Of a stretch of 64,000 bases of DNA, positions 1 to 31,599 are shown in pieces. Origin of the DNA: the human T2T-CHM13v2.0 reference genome, Homo sapiens; NCBI RefSeq assembly GCF_009914755.1, contig NC_060936.1. One strand, 5' to 3'. A model generated the notes under the pieces. The model saw only the letters and a program-made list of their open reading frames with translations, had not been told where the DNA came from and did no database searches. Made by a program: the position numbers and the translations under genes. Position 1 is the first letter of the stretch, and every line of letters starts with the position of its first letter.

Positions 1-59
1 CATAATCATATCTTTAAAATAATCATTAATGATTAATAACGTTATACTATTAATTAATA

Positions 60-1130
60 TTACCATTGATAATCATTAATGAGACTGATGTTTAATAATT
101 CATAATATTATTATTCCTAATACCGCAGAGGGTGTACACCTACCTGTGACATTGTTCCTAATATCCAGGAATGGAGAGCATGCTATTAGTTTTAATATCG
201 CAGTAGGTGTACACTCACCCTGTGACAGTGATCCTAATATCCAGCGGGTGGAGTATGACATGACTGCCAACATAGCAATGAATGTACAGCCACCCGGTGA
301 TATTGCTCCTAATATTCACGGAAGAAGCGTATGATGTTACTCCCAATATCGCAGGGAGTGTACACTTCTTCTGTGATATTGTTCCTAGTATCCCGATGGG
401 GAGAGGATGATAATAATTCCAGCATCGCAGGCTGTGTTCACCCACCCTGTGATATTGTTACTAATATCCTGAAAGGGAGGGGATGATATTACTCCCCATA
501 ATAGATAGATATTATTCCCCATAATAGAGCAGGAGGTGGACACCCACCCTGTGATATTCTTCCTAATATTCAGAGGCCGAGAGGTTGATATTACTCCCAA
601 TATCGCAGGAAGTGTACACCCCCGTGTGAGATGGTCCTTCATAATATTCCAAGGCGGAGGGGGTGATATGACTACATATATCGCAGAAAGTGTACACCCC
701 CCAGGAATATTGTTCCCATGATCCTGGAGGGAAGAGGATGATATTACTTTAAATATCACAGAAGGTGGACACGCCCCCACTGATATTGTTTCTAATTGCA
801 ACGTGGGAGAGGAGGATATGACACCCAATATCGCAGGGAGTAGAAACACCCCTGTGATACTGTTCTGAATATTCAGGGAAGAAGAGGATGATATTACTCC
901 CAATACAGACGGGTGTACACCCGTCTGTGAAATAGTTCATAATTTCCAGAGAGGAGATGATATTACTCACAATACGGTAAACAGGCTGTGAGTCCACCGC
1001 GGATCCTAAAAACCAGGTGGGGAAGAGGGGCTGGCTCTTACTCCCCACATCGCGGGGGGGCGCCTCACCCCCCCCCCCCGCGATGGTGGTCCTAAGAGCC
1101 AGGGTGGCAGAGGGGGTGGCTCTTACTCCG
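60..1130. repeat. SATR1/SATR2-type satellite array, ~75-76 bp unit
   Basis: The GTGTACAC-like core recurs at 132, 207, 282, 358, 434, 536, 612, 690, 765, ~840 and 913 (mostly 75-78 bp apart). The unit resembles GATATTACTCCCAATATCGCAGGGNGTGTACACCCNCCTGTGATATTGTTCCTAATATCC. GC-rich variant units occur at ~1000-1130. Confidence 0.85.
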
Positions 1131-1260
1131 CTTTGAATCGCGTCACTCAGGGTGGCCGCAGTCGCCCTCAGGGATGTTCCACAGGACAGGGCTTAGCTGC
1201 CTAAGGGGCTGCCTCAGCTATTGGTCAGTTACCTCATTTCCTGGTCAGGGAACGAAAAAA
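1131..1260 (-). mobile_element. HERV-E internal leader fragment with tRNA-Glu primer binding site (1238-1255), truncated at the satellite
   Basis: The minus strand reads TCGTTCCCTGACCAGGAA just downstream of the LTR end, matching the tRNA-Glu PBS TGGTTCCCTGACCGGGAA. Confidence 0.8.
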
Positions 1261-1741
1261 TGTAGCAGGACTAGCTGCAGACAAAACCTCTCAGACACCA
1301 AGTTGTAGGAGGAAGGGCTTTATTCAGCTGGGAGCATCGGCAAGCTACTGCCTCAAAATCGGAGCTCCCTGAATGCTCAATTTCTGTCTCTTTTAGTGGC
1401 TCACAACACTAAAGATTTCACTTGAAAGGGTCGTGATTGATTTGAGCAAACAGGTGGTACATGACAGGGGCTGCATGCTCCAGTAGTCAGTGTGAAACAG
1501 AATAGGGCAGGGTGTTTCAAAATGTTCTTCTATACAATGTCTGGAATCTATGAATAACATTGGTTTGTAAGTTATGAGTTGATTTTTAACTACTGGGTTT
1601 AGGACCGGCAGGCCCAGGCCTCGTTTTGAGCCTGGCGTGGGGCTGCCTGTTTTGGTTTTACTTCCTTGTTGTTTTTTCTTAAAACAGGTACTGAGTATAA
1701 AACAGTATAAAACAATATGAGAGGGTCTCTCTCTTCCCTCA
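1261..1741 (-). mobile_element. HERV-E LTR (LTR2 family, LTR2B-like), 5' LTR
   Basis: The minus strand starts TGAGGGAAGAGAGAGACCCTCTCATATTG and ends GTCCTGCTACA (TG...CA), 481 bp. AATAAA lies at 1319-1324 (-), and the PBS is adjacent. Confidence 0.85.
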
Positions 1742-2489
1742 GTACAGCAGCTCATTTCATATTACTACTTCACAAAGGAAAGTGAGTTTAATAAAGGAAG
1801 TCACTAAAAATCACTAATGTGATTTCAGTTAGACGATATCAAGTGGACAAATGCAGGAGATAGCACCTGAGTGCATTTAGATCCCCTGGATATAAACTGA
1901 GGAAGAAATTAAAGGATCTTCTAGTGAGATTTATTTCCGTGCACTCAGTTTCTTTCTACTGACAATATTATTTTTGAAAACTATAAATCGAATTCAGTGT
2001 TTTCAGCTGCAAAGGAGTCACTCAAATACAATATATGCAGTTCTAAAGCCTAGCTTTTTAGTACTTGTATCACAGACTGAGGAAACTGTTGACCAGGAAT
2101 TATTTGAATAGTGTAATGCTCGCTTTTCCCAGCATTGACAGCAATTTGTTACCAGGAAAAATGTAGCAGACTTACCCCTTTGGTTGACATAGGAAAAATT
2201 CTCCAGTTGGTAAGACATGCTTTGAGAGTTTTTAATCACCATAGACTAATTCTCCAGCTTGGTATTTTCAGACACCTGGTAAATATTCTTTTATCAAAGA
2301 CAATCTTGAACTTCTGTAAGAAAGAAAGGGAAAAAGAATTAGAACCAACGGCTTTTTCCTTTAATGAATTACGTTCTTTTAGAAGATGAGCTGCTGATAA
2401 GTTCTTCACTTGGGGACACTAACTTAGGCTTGTATTTTTTTTTTTTTCCTTGAAAACTAGTTTGAATGTAAAAAGTACACATTTTGGCT

Positions 2490-3135
2490 ATAATTAAAAT
2501 GTCAAGAAATGACAGATGCTGGCAAGGCTGTGGAGAAAAGTAAGTGTTTATACACTGCTGGAGGGAATGTAAATTATTTAAGCCACTGTGGAAAACAGTT
2601 TGGAGAGTTCTCAAAGAACTTAAAACAGAGCTACCATTCAATGCAGAAATTCCATTAGAGTATATATCCAAAGGAATGTGGATTATTACATCAAAAAGAC
2701 ACATGCACTCATATTTTCATTGCTGTGCTAGTCACCATTGCAAAGACATGGAATCAACCTAGGTGCCTATCAGTAGTGGTGGATTGTATAAAAAAATGTG
2801 GTATATATGCAACATGGAATGCTACATAGCCATGAAAAAAAAGGAATCATGTCCTTTGTAGTAACATGGATGGAGCTGGAGACCATAATCCTAAGGGAAT
2901 TAACATCAGAACAGGAAACCAAATACTGCACGTCCTCACTTATGAGTGGGAGTTAAACACTGAGCACACATGGATATAAATATGAAAACAATAGACATGG
3001 TGGATTACTAGTCGGGAGAGGGAGGATGGGGCAAGGTTTGAAAAACTATCTTTTGGGTACTGTGCTCACTAGCTGGGTCCAATATACTCAATGAGCAATC
3101 CTACACATGTACCCCCTGTATCTAAAATAAAAGCC
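2490..3135 (+). mobile_element. L1 (old L1PA/L1PB-type) 3' end fragment
   Basis: ORF2 C-terminal remnant (KPLWKTVWRVLKELK) followed by an L1 3'UTR ending TGTACCCCTGTATCTAAAATAAAA. Confidence 0.85.
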
Positions 3136-3828
3136 AAGATATACAGTAAAAAGAAAGGACCTTAATAGTTATATAAAAATTAAAACGAGACACTTTTTTT
3201 GGTAAAAATAGCTTATGCTGTTGATGTTAATGAAGTTAATTTTTGATAAAAATATATATAATTTTTGTTATGTATTTATGAAAATAATAACCTGTTATAG
3301 AGTCAAAGCTTTAATCAGAATCTCACATGGGTCATTGGCCCATAAGAGTTTAATCATTATTCATCTAGATTGGTTTCAACTTCCCAACAACTCAACTCCA
3401 CTACTCCAAACCCCTGATAAGGGTTAAGGGAAAACAAAATCATTTAGGGTTACCGAAATGAGCTGTCCCAATTCCAGTAATGGTGAACTAGCTTGTTGTA
3501 GACCAACTCTTGCACGAAGAACAACTAACAGAACAAAGTCAGCTTCAAAGCATTGGGGAGGTATCATGGCACTGAGGGATGGGGCACATGAGGGTACAGG
3601 TGTGACCAGTGTGGATCCATGAACAATAAACTGCCACTTTTCCCTCCTTCAATTTCTGGATCTACATAATCTCTAGAATCTTGATATAATCCCAGGGACA
3701 GAGGATAGTCCCAAGAATGACTTCCAAAGAATTTCTTATTATCCAGTGGTAATAGGAATCAACAATAACAAAAAACCTAATACATTGAAAATAATGAGAT
3801 GCTATATGTCTTGTGTATTTGAGGATAT

Positions 3829-4039
3829 ATGTATATTTAAATTTAAAAATAAACTTTACTGTCAAAAATGCAAACTTGGGGAGGGCGGAAAGATCACAAA
3901 CAAGGCTGCCACTTCACATCTGGAGGGTTGCACGGCCGCGGGGCAGAGGCTCTCCTCACCTCCGCCCCTCACTTCCCAGACAGTGGGTCGGCCGGGCAGA
4001 GGTGCTCCTCACTTCCCAGACGGTGCGGCGGCCGGGCAG
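3829..4039 (-). mobile_element. SVA2 element (short VNTR + SVA2-specific 3' end), 14-bp TSD
   Basis: The minus strand has SVA-type VNTR units (CCGTCTGGGAAGTGAGGAGCACCTCTGCCCGGCC) followed by GCAACCCTCCAGATGTGAAGTGGCAGCCTTG...CCCCAAGTTTGCATTTTTGAC. The TSD GTATTTGAGGATAT is at 3815-3828 and 4040-4053. Confidence 0.8.
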
Positions 4040-5019
4040 GTATTTGAGGATATTTTATATTAATTTGTGTGGACCTCATATCTGAGTCTAAATATCTCCC
4101 AGGGGCAATGTTTGTCACCAGCAATCGATGTAATTGTTTTTATCTTAATTCAGATACAAGAGAATCAAGTTGTGCCTGCTTAGTTCAATCATGGATAGAT
4201 CCAATCATGGATACCAGTTTTCAAAAGAACAACCCAATACTCCTTTTAGGAAAAGGATTTAGTTCATATTGTTAGTTCACCTCTCACATCTCATTTAAAA
4301 GAGATCAAGCCAAAACAACAATTTTCACTTTGTCTACTGGTATACTAGTATATGCTTTTATTGTCAATCTCTAGTAGTTCCCATCTTCTCCATTGCTTGT
4401 TTTTGCATCACTCCCTGGACAGGCTCAAAGAACTTAATGTTTGTTTGGAGATGTGGCCTGAGCCTGCCCACAATTCTGCTTTTGCTCTGATTTAGCATTC
4501 TCTCTCTTGATTTTGTTTTATATTATATTATATTTTATATTGGTGCATCTCTTCTTTTTGCCTTTGCTCCTACCATTTCAGCGCTCTTGATTCAAAGGCA
4601 TGTCACTGTAATCTAGCAATTTATACAGGACAAATAAATAGAAAGAAGCAAAGAGAATGGAGCATAGGGTTGCTAATGGTCAAGACCAGAACGTGATTAG
4701 GGGAGCATAATAGGAGACAGATGAGAACCAAAGAAGTGTTTAAACTACTTTACCTCCAGATAGCTGAGGAGAATGCATTCTTTTACTGGACCACCAAGTG
4801 ATTCAATCCTTGGGTTTGTGTTTCTTTGTCTCTGACGGGAACTGGAAACAAATGTTGACATCTTATAACCACTTCTTCTCCCTTGTCCTTTTATGATCAA
4901 ATGCATCTCAAATTAACCATTGGGGAAGTTTTCTGAGCTTTTATCCTGTTACTCAATGTCTATTTCATCATTCGCAATAGCTGTAACTATCTTGTCACTT
5001 TAAAAATCCCTGTTCAGTT

Positions 5020-5579
5020 TAAAACCATTGTTGAGAGGTTTTTATGGAGGCTCTATTATGAAGGCATGGTTGGTTACATCATTAGCCATTAGTGACTGAA
5101 CTCAATCTCCAGGCCTTTTTCTTCCCCGGAGGAGTGGGGCTGAAAGTTTCCATCCTCTAGTCACATGGTTGGTTCCTCTGGCAACCAGCCCCCATCCTGA
5201 AGCAGTCTTGGGGAACATCAAGAGTTACCTCATGAGCATAGACACCAGGCTTGGTTAAACTTGTTATGAATCATAAAAGACTCTCTTTTCATCTTAAAAT
5301 TTTTTTTTTAATGTTCAGTTAGGTAACTATTGTTAATTTTTTTCTTTCATCTTTTATTGCCCTGGAGCTATTTCAGAAACTTGGAACAAAAAACAAATAG
5401 ATAACATAAGATTTTTCTTACACCTTTATTACTCTAGAACATGGTTGAGAAGCTGAGGACAAAACCCAAACATTGTAACCAAAGATGCTCTTATCATTTC
5501 TATCAACCAGGAAGTTTTAGGGTTTCAGAAGCTCTGTGATAAACAAAAATGAAATATACATGTTTCTTATAATATCACA
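5020..5579. mobile_element. MER21-family LTR fragment
   Basis: Motifs GGGGCTGAAAGTT.CC..CCTCTA.TCACATGGTTGGTTCCTCTGGCAACCAGCCCCCATCCTGAAGC and the terminus TATAATATCACA resemble the recalled MER21 consensus. Confidence 0.6.
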
Positions 5580-5699
5580 AGTTCAATATTCATAGTAGAT
5601 TCTCTTGTATACAAGATTGCTCACTTGAGAATGTGGAGCTGTTTGTGATGTTAATAGAATGATCTACATTTTAGAGACTGCATGTGAATGATTAAGTAT

Positions 5700-7130
5700 T
5701 TCAAAGCCCTTAGGTAATGATTGGAGGAAACCAAAATAACCTTCTCTAAGATAACTGCAAATTGTTGAGCTGAAAAAGGTGGCAATGTAGGAGAACATTC
5801 TTCCCCTCCTTCTTTTTGCCTGTTGGCAGAACAACAATTTACAAAAACAAAGGTCTTCCTGCCTTCCTTTCTACTTTTCCCAGCTAAGGATTAGCTCCTT
5901 TACGATACTTGTAAAAGGATTTAGAAGCAGATTTTACTCTTCCTGTTAAAATACCTTCCTGTATTTCATTTCCTTTTGGAATCGTGAAGATACTCTCTTC
6001 TTTGTCTTTTCACTATCATCCTAAAGGAAGTAGCTGAAGCCACATTAATATAGAGAGTTTATTTGGGCAAAGGATGAGGACAGCTACCCAGGAAAACACT
6101 TCTATGTTGCCTTGGGAAGTGGTCTAGAGAACAAAGGAAAGACTGAAGATTTTAAAGAAAAAAGAATGAATCTGAAAAATCATGGAACCATCCCAAATGC
6201 TCATCAATCAATGAGTGGATAAAGAAACTGTGGTATAGATATACAATGGACTACTACTCAGTCATAAGAAGCAATGTATTAATAGCACTTGCACTGACCT
6301 GGATGAGATTGGAGACTATTATCCTAAGTGAAGTAACTCAGGAATGGAAAACCAAACATCATATGTTCTCAATGATATGGGGAGCTAAGCTACGATGACA
6401 CAAAATGTATAAGAATGGTACAATGGACTTTGGGGACTTGGGGGGAAGAGTGGGAGGGGGACGAGGGATAAAATATTACAAATATGGTGCAGGGTATGCT
6501 GCTTGGGTGATGGGTGCACAAAAATCTCACAAATCACCACTAAAAACCTTACTCATGTAACCAAATACCACCTGTACCTCAATAACTTATGGAAAAATAA
6601 AAATTAAAAAAAGAATGAATCAGGAGAGGGAGTGAATTAAAAAGTTACTCATCAGTAAATTATCATTGGTTTACAGAAACCACATTGATTAGTAATTAGC
6701 TGTATACTGTTAAATTTTAGGGTTCAGTTAGTCTAGAACCTACATAGCAAATGGCTTCAAGAGGTAAATTTCGTGCAAGGTGGGAGTGAGGCATGACTCC
6801 TGTCATATCTCTCTCATGAGTCCACTCTGGACTTGATAGTTTCAAGGCACTCACATTCCTCAAATAACAGATTTTTTTTTTTTTTTTTTCGTTCTCAGCA
6901 CTCCATAAGATTTATGGCTGTTTGTTAACATACTATTTAAGCAAGGCCTGTAAGCCACTGCCATGAAAGAGATAAATACATTTGAACTGAGTTCTCCCCT
7001 GAGTGATGGGTATAACACACATTGATAAACTGCTGCTTTTTCTCTTGTTTCTCTGCCTTTTGTTTTCAGGACAGTGTCTCTACTAAGAATCTATGAGGAC
7101 AAGAAAACATCATATATTTTCTGTGCTACA
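5700..7130. mobile_element. Nested ERV1-class LTR remnants (outer LTR interrupted by an inner LTR ~6015-6897, itself interrupted by an L1)
   Basis: LTR-like sequence resumes on both sides of the insertions. The inner element ends ...TTCTCA (TGAGA start on the minus strand). Family not resolved. Confidence 0.4.
6173..6606 (+). mobile_element. 5'-truncated L1 (L1PB-like) 3' end with 15-bp TSD
   Basis: L1 3'UTR (GGAATGGAAAACCAAACATC...AAATCACCACTAAA). TSD AAAAAAGAATGAATC at 6158-6172 and 6607-6621. Confidence 0.85.
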
Positions 7131-7877
7131 ATATAAAATTCATGAAGCCTGTTTCTGATTTTATATCACTTCAGGCTCCCTTTTGCCTAATCAGGGAGAT
7201 TACAAAATATCACTGACATCTGCCCAATATTAGTCTGGATGCAGTAAGAATGTTTCATCACCTTTGCAGACTGATTTCAGAATGTTTCATTTTGCAGTCA
7301 CATTCCTTAACAATGTTCATGGGTTTTGTTATTTACTATGTTACCCTTCATATCTAAACCATATCCATCCAATCAAACTTTTGCTTACTTCCTAGGACAC
7401 TGTTCAACACATGGATTAAGGCTTGCATAAAATAAGCAGCCAACGTAAAGGTTAGTTAGGGAGCACTTAATTTAACCAAGTTCTCTAAATAGATGTCTTT
7501 TAGGAGATACAAAATTTTCTATTTTGCATGCCAGAATGAATAGGAATCAGACAGAGAAATTTTATGTTAGAAACTGAAGAAATGATCTAAGTATTCTTGT
7601 CAAAGTTCTCATGAATGGTTTTCAATATGTTTCTCAATTCCTCTTTTGTTTTTTTTTTTTAACCCCACGTAACGAAATCACTGGAAACTTTAGTTGTAAT
7701 TGTGACTTCTTCTTTTGAGGTACACTTAATGTTGGAAGTCTCTTAGTCCTATGAGAGTGTGTAGCAGTTTGTCCCTGAGCTCTAGCTTCTTTAAATGAAG
7801 CTGAGTCTCTGGGCAACATCTTTAGGGAGAGAGGTACAAAAGGTTCCTGGACCTTCTCAACACAGGGAGCCTGCATA

Positions 7878-28921
<21,044 letters not shown>

Positions 28922-29429
28922 GTAGAAGCTTAATTGGAAAGAAGAGAAGAATTACTGACGTAATTTTTTCCCTGACGTCTTTAAAATTGAACCCTATCAT
29001 GAAATGATAATTTCTTCCTGAATTTACACATAATCCTTATGTTATAGAGGTTCACAGAAATGGAAAGATACCTGTTTCCCTTTAATCAATCTTCTCGTTT
29101 CCTCTTTTCCATTAATGATAGAATGCACCCTTCCTCTCTTTGTTCCATTCTTTCACTTGTTATTCATTTTTTTCTTTCTTCACACTTCATTACACAAATA
29201 TTTATTGTTTCAGAGACTGTACTATTTTGTTTGTTAGAAGATTTATAAGGCAGTATCTTTTGAAAATTATGACTTTCCTTCCTCAATATACCATAAAGAA
29301 ATCTTTTTGGTCAAGATGGTAGTTGGAACTACAATCATCTGAAGGCCTGACAAGAGTTGAAAGACATGTTTTCTAGATGGCTCACTCACATGGCTGGCAA
29401 CTTGGTGTTGGCTATTAATGTAACCTGGA

Positions 29430-29435
29430 AATAAA
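29430..29435 (+). terminator. Candidate CLEC6A polyadenylation signal AATAAA (an alternative ATTAAA lies at 29874-29879)
   Basis: First canonical hexamer I noticed downstream of the stop codon; actual usage cannot be determined from sequence. Confidence 0.4.
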
Positions 29436-30639
29436 TTTTATTCTGCAGTTAGGGATTTGGCATTTTATATATGTTGATTCAATCAAGTTTGGCAAGCAGG
29501 GTGTTCGATACTGCTATATCCTGTATTCTTGGTTTATTTGTTTTATTTCTGAGAAATATGTGTTAAGATCTCTCGCTGATTGGGAATTTGTCTATTTCTC
29601 ATTTAAATTTTGTCAAATCTTTCTTTGCTTGCAAGCATTTCTTGTTACCCAAATCTAACCTATTCCTGAAAATATGATGGTTAGCAAAGTTTGAGATAAC
29701 TAGAGCCTGTAATCCATCATTTTAAATGGCAATGATAATGACAGTTTATTTTTATGTTATATAAAAACCTCAACAAATTTTCCAAACAATTACCAAAATG
29801 GTCATTAATCTGTATCCACAAAGGATTTCTGCATTACATACTTTAAAACAAATTACCTAATTATTTAGTGCATATTAAACTTATTGGTGGGCATGACTAT
29901 ATGCAACAGTTGCATGATATATGATACAAATTATGTTATTCTTTTCCATTGCACTGAAAATACCATAATATAAAGAAGAATCCCATCATCCAAATTGAGC
30001 CTATATTGATTGATACTCAGAAGAATCTGGCAGTAGGAGCCTATAAAGGGATAAGCAATTGGGAAAGGATTGGGAAGTTGGTAGTACTGAACATCTTCTC
30101 ACCTGGACTCATGAGCAACTTGAATAGTTGTAACTGTGATGCATATGTAGATTCTAACACATTTTTCCCCCTTGAATAGAAATTTGGCACAACAATTTTT
30201 TAAATTAATTTAGCAAATATTTGGATATTAAAGCTTCTTATAGAAAGAGATACCTGTATATTTAAGCCATGATGAGGTATATACAATGTTATAATTATTA
30301 CTTGTACATGGCAAATTAATTTTTTTATCATTGTGGAGTCACTTTCTTTAAATTTAGTAATGCCTTTGGCTTTAATTTTTCTCCTGATATTAAAATAGAT
30401 ACAGTAACTTTCATTATGTTAGTGCTGTAAAATTTTTTTTTCCATCTTCTATTTTTGACCATTTTTATTCCACATGTGCTCTTAATAAGTAGCATATAGT
30501 TAAATTTTAAAAAATCCAATATGGCAATCACCTTTTAGGTTAAAAATTTAATCCATTTACATTTGTGACAATTCGACATATATATGGTTCTAAATCTATC
30601 ATCTTACTAGGTGGTTTCCATTTCCTCTGCTCCAAAATA

Positions 30640-31592
30640 TTTTTTTTACAGCTTATAACACAACTTTTATTAGAAAAGTTATACATAACACAGCATCAAC
30701 TATTTTCAAGAACCCAATAAGCAACAAAAACCAGACTAACAAAATGTGTAACAAGAAACTAATGACCTTTCTAAAATCAAACATTCAATTATCTACAATG
30801 TCTATTTACAAACAGGGAAAACTCCATGGTTTACAGGCATGTCATATTGAAAATAAAGCTGCAATAGCTTTTTATACAATTATCGCTCTCAAGAAAATGA
30901 ATCATTAAGACAGTAATTAGGAGTTCACAAATTTAAAACATTTCACGTAATTTTAAATTATTGTCTTCAATAATTTTAAATTATTGAAGTCTGAGTTTCA
31001 AAAGTGATTTTTTCCCACAAAGGTGCCAACACTTAAGCTAGAGCTTTCAGTGTTAACTTTGCCCTAAAAGTTAAGACATATTCTGAGAATCATAATAGTC
31101 ACATGATTTCTGATGCTATCTGCTCTGTTAATAACAAAGATTTCACACATGAATACCTATGTAACAAATCTCCATGTTCTACACATATACCCCAGAACTT
31201 AAAGTATAATAATAATAAAACATAGCAAAGCCTTTATCTGGATGTGTTTTTCTTTAATTAAATTATAGGAAGCTGGATATAGGATTTTGTTGCAAATCTG
31301 TTAAAGTTCCAAACACAGGAGTGTGCAGCACTGGAAAAGGAGATCAGTACTAAAACTTAAAATAAATATCAGAGAAACCATTAGCTTTTACAGCATTGTC
31401 TGTTTAAAGGTTAAGTTGACCAGGTGTATAATTTCCCATCAGTCTCTTCTTACAGTAGGCAGGGCAATTTCTATTTTCATGATCTGAATACTCAAATATA
31501 TCCAAACATCTTTTTAAAGCTTTGATTTATAGCTCCTAGAAAGTTATAATTTTTAATAGTCACTCTACTCTAATGAAGCCTATTTCTGCTCA
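30640..31592 (-). pseudogene. Processed-mRNA 3'UTR retrocopy, probably RAD21 3'UTR, with an internal short L1PA 3'-end insertion (~31140-31220)
   Basis: Poly(T) at 30640-30647 with a minus-strand AATAAA at 30666-30671, 18 nt upstream of the tail. The sequence matches my recollection of the RAD21 distal 3'UTR (not database-verified). Confidence 0.6.
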
Positions 31593-31599
31593 TCACACT

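Noticed and set aside
60-1000. Regular palindromic repeats resembling a CRISPR array; ORFs 146..1048
   Set aside because: Whole units repeat with no unique spacers, the context is primate, and there are no cas genes. The ORFs are translations of satellite DNA.
4069-4275. ORF with SNRCNCFYLNSD, reminiscent of a C-type lectin exon
   Set aside because: Only a few residues resemble the motif. The CP..W and downstream W/C pattern and proper exon boundaries are missing, so it is likely chance.
28955-28980. Two CRE-like TGACGT motifs just after the stop codon
   Set aside because: Short motifs in a 3'UTR with no supporting evidence; expected by chance.
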